The translations under genes and the position numbers were made by a program. Positions 1 through 14,759 of a DNA stretch of 64,000 nt are shown here, one piece after another. How positions within the stretch are numbered: position 1 is the first letter of the stretch; each line of letters opens with the position of its first letter. This DNA comes from the human T2T-CHM13v2.0 reference genome, Homo sapiens: assembly GCF_009914755.1 (NCBI RefSeq), contig NC_060939.1. The stretch is one strand, 5' to 3'. Below the pieces are notes generated by a model. The model was not told the DNA's origin. It saw nothing but the letters and a program-made list of their open reading frames with translations, and searched no databases.

Positions 1-325
1 TACCCAGGCACATCTTTGTGGAGAAGTTAACCCTTCTAGGGGGAAACACTCAAACAATGAGAATGTGAATGGGTCAATGCCCCAGGCTTCCCATTGCCTG
101 TGGGCCAATGGTAGGCACATTCGACATGACTCTTCAGAGAGATCCCTGAGAGATTGGGCCGGGGGCTGTCCACACAGTTAATCTGCTCATTAAGCCCCCT
201 TTATTGGCTTGCTTTCTTTCCTGAATCACTTTTCTTCCTCTTTCACTCCTGCTTTCTAGATTACTGCTCCCTGCATCCAAGTCTTTATCTCAAGCTCTAC
301 TCTCAGGTGCATCTAGATCCAGACA
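1..325 (+). mobile_element. LTR16-like ERVL LTR fragment
   Basis: CCCCTTATTGGCTTGCTTTC...CTTTATCTCAAGCTCTACT resembles the LTR16 3' half (from memory). Confidence 0.5.
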
Positions 326-454
326 CCCTCTTGACTGTGTGCGTCTATTTTAGCTGTGAGATGCTGCTTTAGCATCTCTTGCCCTTTGTTGATCTCATTT
401 AATGATTTCTTTCTAGTAGACTATTACTTGTGGGGCGTAAACAGCTTATCTTAT

Positions 455-880
455 TGTGATGTGAGTGGGCACCATCCAACTGGCTGCCAGTATGGGTAGA
501 ACAAAGCAGGTAGAAGAAGGGAGATAGGTTTTGCTGAGTCTTCTTGCTCTCTTTCTCTTCCTGTGTCAGATGCTTGTTTCCTCTCCTCAGGAAGGACATC
601 AGATTCTATGTTCTTCAGCCTTGGAATCTGGGACTTAAACCAGCAGCCTTCTGGGGGCCCTAGGGCCTTTGGCTTCAGACTGAGGGCTGCACTGTTGGCT
701 TCTCTGGTTTTGAGGTTCTCAGACTTGGACTGAGTCATACTACTGTCCTCTCTCCCTCCCCAGCTTAGAGACAGCCTATCAAGGAGACTTCTCCTTGTGA
801 TTATATCAGCCAATTCTCCCTCTTTTGTATACCTATATATCCTGTTGTTTGTGTCTCACTGGAGAACCCTGATTAGTACA
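455..880 (+). mobile_element. MLT2-type ERVL LTR
   Basis: GGGCACCATCCAACTGGCTGCCAG... ending CTGGAGAACCCTGATTAGTACA. Confidence 0.75.
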
Positions 881-1956
881 CTTATTCATTATTGGTCCCT
901 AAGCAGGTACATAGTGGACCCTCAACAATGTGTAAAAGGCACAGTGCATGAGAGCTGTCTTCAGATATCTGAAGGGTTACCTTGTGTTTACATATGTCTG
1001 GGGAACAGAACCAAGACCAAAGAGTAGAAGTTACAGGAAGACAGATTATAATTCAATACATTGTTTATCAGTGCACCTATGGGAGGTGATATTTGATAGC
1101 AACAGTAACAGTGGCTCATTATGGCATGATGACCCACTCAGGGAAGATATTTGCCCACTCTTCTGCTGAGAAGTCCTATTATAGAAAGTTTTATAGAACA
1201 AGGACCACAAGCACATACCTGCAAGGACCAGGCTGGCATATAAACTAGTGAGGCAGGCTAAGTGTCACATAGTTGGGAATGGTGAGAACTGTGTGGAATA
1301 AAGTGTGTGTACCCTGACTCAAAGGGGTAGGTACTCCTTAGCTCCAGCCAACAGTTGCTAGACAGTAATGCAGATCCAGCACTGTCAGACCTTCCAGTTT
1401 TCCAAAAGTAAGTAGAAATCCAGATTCTTAGGTAAATCTTCCAATATAAAGACATTTGAGTCAAGAAGGCATCACCGTGGCTGGCTATGGCACATGGGTT
1501 GTTTGTAATCTTTGTGTAGTGGATGTAGCTGAGGATGCTAAAGCCTCAGATGTGAGGATAGCTTTCTAGAGAGCCAGATTCTGGTCAGCTTGCTCTCTTC
1601 AGGCCCATGAACACACTCTGCCTGTTCCCACCTTGGGCCTTTGGCCATCCTCTCTTCACAGAAGGGACACTGTGTGGCTCAGGCCCCTCTCCTGTGACAT
1701 CTCCCACTACTGGTCCTTCCCCAGCAAGCCCTGTCTTCTTGGTGCACCTTCAGCATTTCCAGCACTCAGATGTCTGCTGCAATTGCTCACTGTCTAGTAG
1801 TGTCATAGTTTGTCTTATCTGTGTAACTAAGTTATAAGTTCCCTTAATGCAGAGGTTCTACTTCATGTGGCTTTCCTGTCATTTGGAGCACAGTATTGGG
1901 TGCATAGCAGGTGCTCAATAAGAACTGTTGGTTAACTTTTGCTAGATGACTATCAT

Positions 1957-2170
1957 ACTCAGTGCTTATGGCATCCCTCTTAGTAGAAGATGAGGTAATA
2001 AAGAAGAGGCCACCAGCTCTTGCATGGAGAACTTAAAATTAAATCAGTGAAGCTCTTTCAGATGACTCAGTGCTTTTGGCATTGCTCTTAGCAGAAGATG
2101 AGGTAATAAAGAAGAGGCCACTAGCCCTTGCATGCATAGGTTAAATTTAAATCAGTGGGACTCTTTCAGA
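1957..2170. repeat. Two-copy ~108-bp direct tandem duplication
   Basis: ACTCAGTGCTT...AGAAGATGAGGTAATAAAGAAGAGGCCAC...CTCTTTCAGA starts at both 1957 and 2065. Confidence 0.85.
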
Positions 2171-2776
2171 GATGAAATAGACATGTCCTCTATCTACTGT
2201 TGACCTGCTGTCCTCAGAGCTTAAAGTGGCGCTCAGTGTGCCTCACCTGTCAAAGGCTTTCCCTCACCATTTCCCACCAGAGATCCAATAAAATAACCAA
2301 TTATGTGTGCCCTGATTTAGATTCCTTGATTAGAGATGGGTTCTGATCATAAACTATGTAACCATCTTTTAAAGGAAAATGTTAATAGGCAACTCTTTGT
2401 TACAAAGATTGCCTAAAAGAAAAACTAATTTTAACTGTTTACAATTATCCATTTTTATATTCTTTCTCTTTTATTTGAAACAGATTTTGTTTTAGAAATC
2501 TCTTTTCTCTCACATCTGTAAAGCAAAATACAATATAAACAATTCTCAGTCATCTGTGATAATGAATATTAGGGTATACTTTGGGCACTGAAGTTTACTA
2601 ATTGTTTCCAAACTTTATTTTAGCAAACTTTCCCCACTTTTTGGTGAGGATGCTAGTGAGTATAAATTGTTAAAATAGTATGTCTCCTTTATATTCCATA
2701 TTGTACTTGTCTCACTACTGTTTATTTAGCCTAGTTTCAGTGCAGTTTTGTTACAAGGAGAAGGATTTGAATTATG

Positions 2777-3185
2777 CATTCAACAAACATTTATTGAACC
2801 CCTACTAAGTGCCAGATCCTATTTTAGCTGCTAGAGATAGTTATGAAGAAACTAGACAAGGCCCTTGCTTTCTTGGAGCTGAGCTTCCATTGGTGGGAGA
2901 CAACCACAAACCAATGAACAAATGAACACACAGGAAAATATTGGATGGTGATAGGTGTTGGGAGCATAAAATAGAATGGAGAAAATATGTATGTGTGTGG
3001 GCTACTCCAGATTGGAGTTGAGTCTCTTCAAAGCTGTGACATCTGAGTGTTGAACCACAAGAAGGAACCAGCCATGTGAAGATCTTGGGGAAGAGCATTT
3101 CAGGACAACAAAACAGCTACTGCCAAGGGCCTGTCACAGGAGCCACATGGTGTGCTGGAAGCACAGCTCGGAGGCTGGGCAGAAG
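2777..3185 (-). mobile_element. L2 LINE 3' fragment
   Basis: CATTCAACAAACATTTATTGA terminal motif followed by degenerate L2 body. Confidence 0.7.
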
Positions 3186-4575
3186 GAATTTAGCCAATAT
3201 AATTTATTATACAAGCCAAAATTATTAGCAACAAAATGAAATATTTATTTTGCAGTTTAAGTATATATAGCCATGAACATTTAGATTTCAGAATTTGTGC
3301 CATGATTTCATGACTAGATTCAGTAATTATTTAAGATTCACATTGGAGAAAATCAGTGTTCTGAAGACTATGCCGTATATCCCGCTTTGAAGTTTTGGAT
3401 TTTTCTTGAATAGGATAGGCCATTAACAATATTGGAGGAAAATATCATCTAGTGTTATATTCTTAAATTGAATTTGCCTTGGAAGTAATCATGCATGCAA
3501 TGAACATAGTAAGAAACAGCTTCTTTCATCCTTTAATGTAATAATTGCTCCCAAGGATTACAAGAGCTTATAGACAGCTGGAACATCCAGCTATAATGTT
3601 AGCTGGACAGGGAAGAAAGTTGTTATGGATAAAGCTTCAGATTTTCTTGGATTTTTTGGTATCTGTATAACAGAGACCTGATGAGTTGCCAGCACATAAC
3701 AAGCCAGAACCCTGGATCCAGAGAGCATTTGTGACATTCAGCCAACACAGAACTGCTTTCCCACCCAAAGGGTGGTCTCCAAATCTGTTGTAGCTTTTGG
3801 CAAGATTTTTATATCACAATTGAAAACAGATGCCCTTTCTGCCCTTTCCCTTGCTGTCTGAGTTACTACCGTTCAAGAGATTGCAAGCCATGGCAATCTC
3901 TCATGCACCTTCAGAATGCCCAGCAAGAGTCCTCGTTAGACATTCCTATTCAGAAGTCCTGCTGTGACACACTTCCTCTGCAAGAAGAGAACAGATTCAG
4001 GAAGGTGCCAGGATTGTGAGGTTCTGGTAGTCTGCAGGGTGTACTGTGAATGCTTTTTGTCAAAATCAAAGCACCAGTCCTGGGTTTAATAGAAAACATC
4101 TCTCTGGATAGTTTCTATTTTAAAATATTTAATCCTAAAATAAAATATTTAATCCTAAAGAAATATGTAATCCTAAAGGAAAACCAAAGTGTACTCTCCC
4201 TGATGGACTATATTGAGTTTTATTACAGGATATGGCCCTAAAATGTGCTTGGATGGGATATTGAAAATCCAGAGTATCAAAAATCACTAAACTACTAAAT
4301 TCTTGATTGACTAAAAGAGACTTATTAGACATAACAACTGAATATAATGTGTGGAATTTGTTTGGATCTTGGTGTAAACCAGTTGAAATGTAAACTGGTG
4401 GACAATTGGGAAAATTTAAATATGGACTGAATATCAGGCAATATTAAGGAACCACTGGTAATTTTGTTAGGTGTGATAATGATATAGTGGTTATCTACGA
4501 AAGTAAGAGTTATAAGGACAGTGCTGTGGAGGGGAAAAAATGAAACCTGAAACTTTAATAAGATTTATTGGTTCA

Positions 4576-4862
4576 AACACCACATGTTCTCACTCGTAGC
4601 TGGGAATTGAACAATGAGAACACATGGACACAGGGAGGGGAACATCACACATGGGGGCCTGTAGTGGGGTGGGGGTAGGGGGCAGGGATAGCATTAGGAG
4701 ATATACCTAATGTAAATGACGAGTTAATGGGTACAGCACACCAACATGGCACATGTATACATATGTAACAAACCTGCACGTTGTGCACATGTACCCTAGA
4801 GCTCAAAGTATAATACAAATAAATACATAAATAAACAAGAAAAATCAAGGGCAAAAAAAAAA
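4576..4862 (+). mobile_element. 5'-truncated L1PA 3' end
   Basis: L1PA 3'UTR with A-rich tail and TSD TTATTGGTTCA. Confidence 0.88.
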
Positions 4863-5453
4863 TTATTGGTTCATTAGTAGAAATGTAAAAGTGCTTCAGA
4901 AAAAGTAATCATAGTTTAGGGGAGAGGAACCTAGGGGCAGACCCAGGAGGAGAGAAAGTCATGTAGAAAAGGAGATTTTGAAGGATGTTCAGTGTCCTTC
5001 AGTGGAAAGACACTGCCAGCTCTAAATGGCTCTGCAAGGGAGGAGCCGGGGAATAAATCCTCTGACATCACTCTCTTCCCTCCCATCTATTGCTGATCTT
5101 TTCCTGCTCTCAAATCTAGATGGCAAGGGACTCACTGGTGTAGTCTATACAGGTCAGCCTTTGGGGCTGATAGTAGGGTGGAAAAGGGCAGAGAGTAGGA
5201 CTGGGGTGTAAACAAAAGCTACCAGTAACAGCATCTTCTTTACAAAGTATAACAATATGGGGGGAATGTTGAAGGATAGATACTTTTGGAAGAAGCCCTT
5301 CATAGAATTATAAAATGTTAGGGCTGGGAGTATCCTGAGAAGTGATTCTCAACCTCATTTTAGAGGTGAGGAAATAAAGGGAGCATTATACAGGTAGCAA
5401 TTTGTGTACAGCTAGTTGTCACAGATCTGTTAAGAAATTACAGACTTTTTGAT

Positions 5454-6268
5454 ATGAACAGACACTTCTCAGAAGAAGACATTTATGCGGCCAAAAAACG
5501 TGAAAAAAAGTGCATCATCACTGGTCATTAGAGAAATGCAAATCAAAACCACAATGAGATACCATCTCACACCAGTTAGAAAGGCGGTTATTAAAAAGTC
5601 AGGAAGCAATAGATGCTGGAGAGGATGTGGAGAAATAGGAATGCTTTTACACTGTTGTTGGGAATGTAAATTAGTTCAACCATTGTGGAAGACAGTGTGG
5701 CGATTCCTCAAGGATCTTGAACTAGAAAGACCATTTGACCCAGCAATCCCATTACTGGGTATATACCCAAAGGACTATAAATCATTCTACTATAAAGACA
5801 CATGCACACATATGTTTATTGCAGCACTATTCACAATAGCAAAGACTTGGAACCAACCCAAATGCCCATCAATGATAGATTGGATAAAGAAAATGTGGCA
5901 CATATACACCATGGAATAATATGCAGCCATAAAAAAGGATGAGTTCGTGTCCTTTACAGGGACATGGATGAAGCTGGAAACTATCATTCTCAGCAAACTA
6001 ACACAGGAGCAGAAAACCAAACACCACATGTTCTCACTCATAAGTGGGAGTTGAACAATGGACACATGGACACAGGGAAAGGGGAACAACACATACTGGG
6101 GCCTGTCAGTGGGTTGGGAGCTAGGGGAGGGATAGCATTAGGAGAAATACCTAATAGAGATGACGGGTTGATGGGTGCAGCAAACCACCATGGCATGGTA
6201 TATCTATGTAACAAACCTGCACATTCTGCACATGTATCCCAGAATTTAAAGTAAAATTAAAAAAAAAA
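5454..6268 (+). mobile_element. 5'-truncated L1PA (ORF2 C-terminus and 3'UTR)
   Basis: ORF 5485-5919 is the L1 ORF2 C-terminus. TSD AAATTA(C/T)AGACTTTTTGAT at 5435-5453 and 6266-6284. Confidence 0.92.
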
Positions 6269-6959
6269 TTATAGACTTTTTGATTTTCAGCCCTGTCTCT
6301 TTCCCCTAGGCCTGGGAATTTTCATAAATTTTCCAAAATTTTCCCAGACCCACCACACCAGCTCAGCAACTGTTCAGCATGGGTGAAAATGGTAAGGAAG
6401 TCTCAGTTGTTATTCACAGGAATGTGTAAGCATTATAGACATAGCCATTGCAATATACCATGTTTCTGTAGCTGAAATTACAGTGTCACTGTGGGTAATC
6501 TGGAAAATACATATATGTGTCAAAAGGAAAATAAAATCACCCATAATGGACCACAGAGATAACTAATATTAACATTTTCGTGCTTTCCTATCAGTTTTTT
6601 AAATTAAAATATACATAAATATGTGTATGCAAAATTAGTATCAGTTGTACATATAGTTTTGTAGGTTGTTTTTTCACTTAATAATGAATAATTTCCTATA
6701 TATCAAATTGCCTTAGAATCTGAGTTTTGATAGCAGTAATATTTCAAAAATGAATATAGCATAATTTTTAAAAGTCCTCTGTTATTAGATATTTGTTTCT
6801 TATTTTCTTCTATGATAAATAATGCTGCAATATATATATATAGGTACATATATAAACATTATATATCCCATATAAATAATTGTGTTTATCTGGGACATAT
6901 AATATTTTTATTTAAAAAATTGCCACCATAAGAATTTCCAGTGGTCCTTTCTGTTGGGG

Positions 6960-7564
<605 letters not shown>

Positions 7565-7802
7565 TGAGTGAAGTGAAGGAAATATAGTTACAAGATTTTA
7601 TTCAGTATCAAGAAAAAAGTAAACCTGACTTGCCGATAGACACATTTCAATTGAAAGAATCCTTTCAGCAAGAGAGACCTATTGAAGTTTAAGATACTGA
7701 TAATGAAAACAGAAATGAAAGTCTTTAAAAGTGTATTTTTCTTTATACTGGGTTGTCCAGTAACTATTCCTAACCTCCTTCCCCATCCTCTTCCTTCCTC
7801 AG

Positions 7803-8004
7803 TGCTCATCTTCAAACTCTATCAGCGGGCAAAGCATGTGTACAGCGAGGCTGCGCGAGTGCTCCAGTTTAAGAAGATATGTGAAGAAGCACCTGAAAAC
7901 ATGGTCCAGCTGCTGGGAGAGTTGATGAACCAGAGCCACATGAGCTGCCGGGACATGTATGAGTGCAGCTGCCCCGAGCTGGATCAGCTGGTGGACATCT
8001 GTCG
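7803..8004 (+). CDS. GALK2: GALK2 penultimate coding exon (GHMP kinase C-terminal domain)
   Basis: Pyrimidine tract plus AG at 7801-7802 and donor GTGAGG at 8005. Translates (V)[22 protein letters not shown]...[30 protein letters not shown](R), with the galactokinase-family RAxHVxxE and SHxSxRxxYExSxxELD motifs. Splice phase matches the next exon. Confidence 0.96.
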
Positions 8005-9199
8005 GTGAGGCAGCCTGGTGGGGGCCAAGGGATGCCATCAAATAATATTGTTTAAATTAATGGAAAAAAATGCAACATTTCATAATCTACGGGAATGAAG
8101 ATCATTCCCCACTTCCTATATGAGGAGTCTCTGATGATACAGAGCTACACTTGTTCCCTTCTAAATACCTGTAGGATGAAAGATTTGCTACCTGGCTCCA
8201 TGATTTTATGAGGCTCTGGGTTTGGAGTCAGTTTGGAGTCAGCTCTTTACATCATGAGAAAGACCTTTCCGTCTTTGGATGATTAGGCCTTTCAGGATGG
8301 TAACTTTGCTCAGAGCTGGGCCCTGTTAACTTTCTTATGATATGTTTTATTATACTGCTGCTCTGCCAGAAACTCCTGTCCAGTGTCCTAATTAAGTTTA
8401 GTAGTTCTACTCAGAAGAAGGGAGAAAACTGACAGAGGATCTCAAGCTTGATGGGAGCATGTGGGGAGATTTGCTGAAGGAATCACCCAGAAAGCCAGCA
8501 TTTCCTGCCTTCTAGGTTTAGTTTAGGCAGTTTGAGGAAATAAAGGCTGAAGAAAGCCCAGGTGATACATGGTTAATAGAGGCAGAAATGTAAAGAGGAC
8601 AACTCTTTCACAAAGCCTAAAATCAGCTTTCCTAAAATTGTGAAAGAATGGAGATAACAGAGTTAGTCCTCTTACCCAGGAAGGAGCTCAGTGACCCTGG
8701 GAGAACTGAAACTGGGAAAGTTCTCAAACGCTAGATGTTACTTCACTGTGAGAACACAATGCTACACTACAATTAGTAATGGAAATGTAATTAACCACTT
8801 GGCACTTGTGGCTTGCCTCAGTCATTGCCACACTCCCAGCCTGAAAAGTTTAAACCAAGTGACTCCAGTGATCACAAATGGCCTGGGTAATCCAGCTTGT
8901 CAAAAGACTTGAACACAGCATTGATGAAGATCACTCTGCTGACATGTTTGCTCACTCATTTCCAAAAGCCTTCCCCAGCTTGTTTCATTTTAAGTACCCT
9001 TTTCTGAAAATATCAAGGGCCTAGTATATGGAAGGGACAAATATTGTTCAGTTCTGGAAATAAGAGGAAGTGGAATTATTTCTGCAGAGATCAGGAAGAA
9101 ATGTCTTTGCCTGGAAGGAAGTGGGATGGTTGGAATCCCACCTGAAAAGCTGCGGAAGGGCATTTGCCAGCTTCCTGGAATTCTCTAATAAACTTTCTC

Positions 9200-9730
9200 T
9201 TCCTAGAGTGGTCAACCTGTACTTGTTTTCATGGAGCTTACATTCTCGTGGGGAAAGAGAGAAATGACAATTAAAAATAATTTGAATGGTAGTGATAAGT
9301 GCTATGGAAAAAAATGAGAAGGACTAGAGACTACAGGTTTGGGTGGGTACTCTTTCTGTGGAGTGGTTGAAGAAGGTCACTCTGACGAAGAGATCTTTGA
9401 GCAGAGGCCTGAAGGAGGTGAATAAATGAGAACAGCAAATGCATAGGCCCTGAGGTGGATACTTGGCTGTCAGGTGTGAGGCTCAGCAGGATCAGCATGG
9501 CAGAGGGCCAGGAAGGAAGGAGAGGTAGTAGATGAAGTAAGGAAGGAAGTGGGGAGCCACACCATATAGGCCGTGTAGGCCATCGGAAGGCTTCTGGCTT
9601 TGAGAAGAGAAAGGGGGCAATGGAAATGCTAGGCAATTCTATGCCAAATATGCCTGCAAGGAAGACTTAGATAATTGCTGTGTGGGTATAAGAGAGAAAT
9701 CAAGACGACTCCTGGGTTTTTGTCCTGAGA
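9200..9730 (-). mobile_element. L2 LINE fragment
   Basis: Degenerate L2 body similar to 2860-3180. Confidence 0.55.
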
Positions 9731-10876
9731 AACTTTCCTTGTGCCTCTAAAAGCCACATTTTTGAAAAGCACACTTCACCACTGTAGGTAAGAGTTATCT
9801 TAGAGTACCATAAAATATTAGATCAGGAAGGGGTCTTAGAGATCCAGGAAGGCACTAAGAGATGAAATAATTTGAGTAAGTTTCACATATGAGTTCATTG
9901 GAAAGCCTGGCTCCCAATCCAATGATTTTGCCACACGTGCCTCTCCCCTTGGGTTATACTAAGATGTGATTACACTTAAATGTGGGTCATACATACGTGT
10001 GTGTACGTGTGTGTTTGTAACCTATTTTCATCTCCTAGCTTTGAAGCTTTATGATGGAGGCCTTTGTTGTCATAGTTTCCAGTATTTGAACATTAAGCAA
10101 AGTCATGTTGAGCAGGAACGTAATGTGTAGAGTAGGATGAAAAGTGGGCTGGAAGTGAGGAAGCTTGGATTCCGACTCTCTTTTCATTCTGAGCTCTGTG
10201 AGCTGGAACTGTTGCTTCGCTTTGTGTTCTCCATTGGCTTTTTCTGTTCTAGCAGTCTACAGACCTATACATTTAAAAAATATGGTTCTAGTGAAAAAGC
10301 TTATGGCTATGTCTTAAATGGGTTTGGAAGAGTACCTTTTATTTATCTTTTCATTTTGTTTGTTTTTGGAAAATCCTTTCTTAATGGCAGCTAAAGTGTT
10401 TCATTTTCATTTGCTGTATTTATTTTCTGAGAAAAATTCAGTTCTGTGAAAAATTCAGGAGCTCCATCACTTTTTCATGATTGTTTTGTTTGGAAAGCCA
10501 ATTGCTAAGTATCAAAGTTATTTTCTACTTATTCGATAACCATATAGGGTCCAAGTTTTCCATATTGAAAGATTATCTTCTGGCTTGTTGGCCAGAATAG
10601 TTGTCTGGTCCTTAAAGCTTCTTATATAATTAATTTTTTCTTTGCTGTCACTGTGACCAGCAGATAATATTCTTCAAATGTTTCAGTTGGCTGCAAGTTA
10701 CTGAAAGGTCCTAAGTGGCAGAGCAACCTCAGAGGAGGATAGCCCCAGGGGAATTAAGTTGATGCAGGCATTATGTCCTTCCCTCCTTCAATCAATACAT
10801 ATTTTCACATGGGTATCTTTGTACCGTGTGAAATTGCAGTCTATTCTCTACTTTCAAAAGCTGTGACTTTCTCTTG

Positions 10877-11241
<365 letters not shown>

Positions 11242-14200
11242 TTAGTGGGAATAAGATAAAGGATGGATAAAGGATGGGGAAGACAGACGGTACAAGAGTA
11301 GCAGGTAGTAACATGGGGAAAGGTTCGAATGAACAGTGGAGCTACTTGTAAGCCCTAGTTCCTTCTGAAGCCTTGTGACTGTCTCACTGGGTCAGGCAGA
11401 GAAGGTGTTGGACATATTGGAAGGGGTCCTGGCAAGGCCTGGTGTGAGCCACTGGTGCCACAGACACAACCTCTAGCAAAGTATTGCTTTGTTTAAAAAC
11501 CACCACCACCTCCACAATTACCCTGCCACCATTAAAAATGTTAACATCAGTAGGGAAGGTGTGACTAAGACTGGGCAGCCTGAGCAGGTTGCTTGTTTTC
11601 CCCAAAAGAGGGAGGAGGAGGGAAGCTGAAATGGGTTCAAGGAGGAGCACTGCCAAAAATAATCTTTACATCACCCTCCCTGGTCCACTTATGGCACTTC
11701 AAAATTCCTTTAGTGTTTCTGAAGGGCTTCTTGGAAACTATTTGTATGAAAAGACAACTAATTGAGTGAGTAAATTAACGGCTTGAATACCTAGAATACC
11801 TAAGTTGCTATACACCAGCAGAAAATCTTACAGTGATCTGAGCTAGACTGAATTAAAAAGGCATCTCCTACTTAGCATATAGGACAATGTATAGAACAAC
11901 TTTGTGACCCAAGTGGAGAGAAGGGGGGTTGGGAAAGAGCACCACTGCTAGCTCTCTTTTTCAGTTGAACCTTTTCCTGCTCTTCAAGAGAAAATCAGTT
12001 TAGAATCTAAAGAAAGGAGCAGGGAGGATGAAGGAAACTATACTTACAGAGTGAGGCTTTTTTAAAAAATTAAATTAATGTTAGAACTTAAATTATATGA
12101 AACAAAGTAAATAATGAAGGAAAAAGATAATGTTTGCTGAATTATAAAGTATCTTTTGTAGCCAAACAAAATGTAAACAGAAAGAAATGACTAAATTTTA
12201 AGTAGAATTTACTGGAGAACACAAAACAATTTTGAAACCAAGTCAGTTATATGTGAGACAGCTCATTCACTATTGGTTCCCTCGTTTTACTTAAGACAAA
12301 ATGGTTAATGCCTTTTGTTTTTGTTTTGACACTTGTTGAAGTTAGAGAGGATTAATTGCTGCATTATCGCCCAAGCTATTAAGGGAGATGAATGACAAAT
12401 TTTAGTGGATCAACTATGATTACAAAAGTTAATTTACTTTGTCTTCCTCAGAAGTCTTTCTGCAATGTATTCCATGGTGAGGCTGCTCAGCCTCTCGCAT
12501 CCATTCTTCAACAAGGTCATAATGGGGAAGAATGAAGTGCAAATCCATTGTTGCATGCTCTTTCCCCATGACCTTAAGTGCTAACATGCATACCCTGTCA
12601 AAAAAAAAAAAAAAAAAAAAAAAGAGGGAGGGAGCCATTTCACCTCCCCTTAGGGGTTCACTTCTCTTTGGGCCTCTTTGACTTATGAATATACATGCCA
12701 TTTGCAGGACCCAAACCCACTGCTCTTCAATGGCCTTTAAGTGGCTTACATTTCTAAAGTAGACATGTGGGCATATTTTCTTATCCTTTCTCATTTGAAC
12801 ACTGAAGGCTGTGGTTTCTTGACTGTAAAGCAATTTGAAGGCACGGTGTCTAACCTGGCTGTAAAAATCATAGAAACTGCTAGAAGTTCCCTTACCTGTG
12901 ACTCTTGCCATTTCCCAGAGAGCAGAAGCTAGAAGTCTTCTCAAGTAAAAAAATACACTGCTGACTGCTTATATTATATATAATTTTTAAAATATTTTAA
13001 GGGAAATATCGTAGTCCAGCAGCCATTTATTAGAACCTAGAATTTCTAGAATTGTGCTGGGCTGGGGTCAGAGAGATGGATGTGACCTGTTCCTAAATTC
13101 TAGATTTCCTGAAATAATTTATTTCATATCCATTTGTATAATATATATTTACTTATTTAGAAAGAAATGACACAGAATTTAAATACAAGGCATAATTTCT
13201 TACCTTCCCTCTTTTTCAAGTGTGTAGTGCAGTTGGGTCTCCTGGATCTCCTCCCCACCCTCTCCATTGCTCTGTATCTTGCAACTTAGTAAGTGCTTTA
13301 TGGTCGAATTAGTTCACTTAAAAGTAGGAAATTTGACTTTGGCTATATTGGGTGCCTGGATAGTTAATTCTGTGAATACACAAGGATCAAAGAGTAACAT
13401 TCCTCATAATCTCCATCCCTCATCTGCCCTAGCCTTTGCCATCGTGCTTTATAAAGTAGAGGCTGCCTTTGTTGCTTTAACAAACCCTTCTACATTATTC
13501 CCAATCTAGTCATCACAATCATCAAAGTGGGATCCGAGGGATTTTAGGGTTTTGGTTTTTGTAATTCTTGTATTGCCTCTCTGATGTGCAATAGCTCAGG
13601 AGATATATTTTTAATGTTTTATTGTTCTTCCAGAAAAAGGCGCAAACATGAAAAGTTCACTAAACACCCTTGGTTCACTTACTTTTCTTTCTTAATTTAA
13701 AGGGTATATCGGTCTCCTAACTTTCGGTCTTCTCAGAATTTCTATGGCATATGCCAAAGGGCCTATTAAGTACCAGCAGGGAACACTGCAGACAGACCTT
13801 TCTGCCTTTATAAGTGTATACAGCTGCGCAGGCTGCTGACCAGCTGCTGGGGCAGCCCTGACTTGTGATCAGATGTGCCACTGACTTGGGGGCAGAAGGC
13901 TATTTCTAATAGCACTTATCATTCTTTATTTGGGAAATTTGAGCCCTGATTTCAGACCATGTGATTGATGCAATTCAGTCCATTTTCATCTGTAGCAGGC
14001 AGGGTGGTGACAGAGCAGCTCTGGAGACTCAGTAGCAAATATCTTTACCTACAAAGACTTCCAGCTTCTGCTCCCTGGAAACTAGTAAAAGTCTCAGGAA
14101 AATAGACCTCTGGCCCAGTTCCTATAGGTTTTACAGCCAGATTAAAAATAATACTCTGTTTGCTTTAGGTTCAATTTTGAAAAACCACAGCTTTCAAAAA

Positions 14201-14466
14201 CTGTTCAAATGAGAAAGTATAATAAAATATGCCTTTTAGAAGTTGGATTGAGGACCCTTAAAGACTTGATAACTTGAGTCCAGCAAAACGGCATATTTTA
14301 GATCTTAGAAAATCAAGTAAGAAGGCACAGTATTCTTCTCTAGACCATGTCATGGCTGGCTTTAATGCCCATATTTTAGGGTCTTCCAGAGACACTTCAG
14401 TGACACCTCAGTTTTCCCCAGCATCTTCCACAGTAAGAGTTTGATACGACTGCATATGACAACCAT

Positions 14467-14759
14467 TTTTTTTTTTTTTTTTTTTTTTTGAGATGGAGTC
14501 TCACTGTGTCACGCAGGCTGGAGTGCAGCGGTGCAATCTCGGCTCACTGCAACCTCCACCTCCTGGGTTCAAGCAGTTCTCTGCTTCAGCCTCCTGAGTA
14601 GCTGGGATTACAGGTGTGCACCCGGCTAATTTTTGTATTTTTAGTAGAGACGGGGTTTCACCATGTTGGTCAGGCTGGTCTCAAACTCCTGACTTCATGA
14701 TCTGCCTGCCTTGGCCTCCCAAAGTGCTGGGATTACAGGCGTGAGCCACTGCACCCGGC
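14467..14759 (-). mobile_element. Alu (AluS)
   Basis: Full Alu with TSD ATGACAACCATTTTT on both sides. Confidence 0.95.

Noticed and set aside
7682-7802. N-terminal part of the 108-aa ORF over the GALK2 exon
   Set aside because: This is intronic read-through upstream of the AG acceptor; only 7803-8004 is coding.
12429-12944. 171-aa minus-strand ORF
   Set aside because: It crosses a 23-nt poly(A) run (poly-Phe), has no recognisable domain and does not fit either gene's exon chain.
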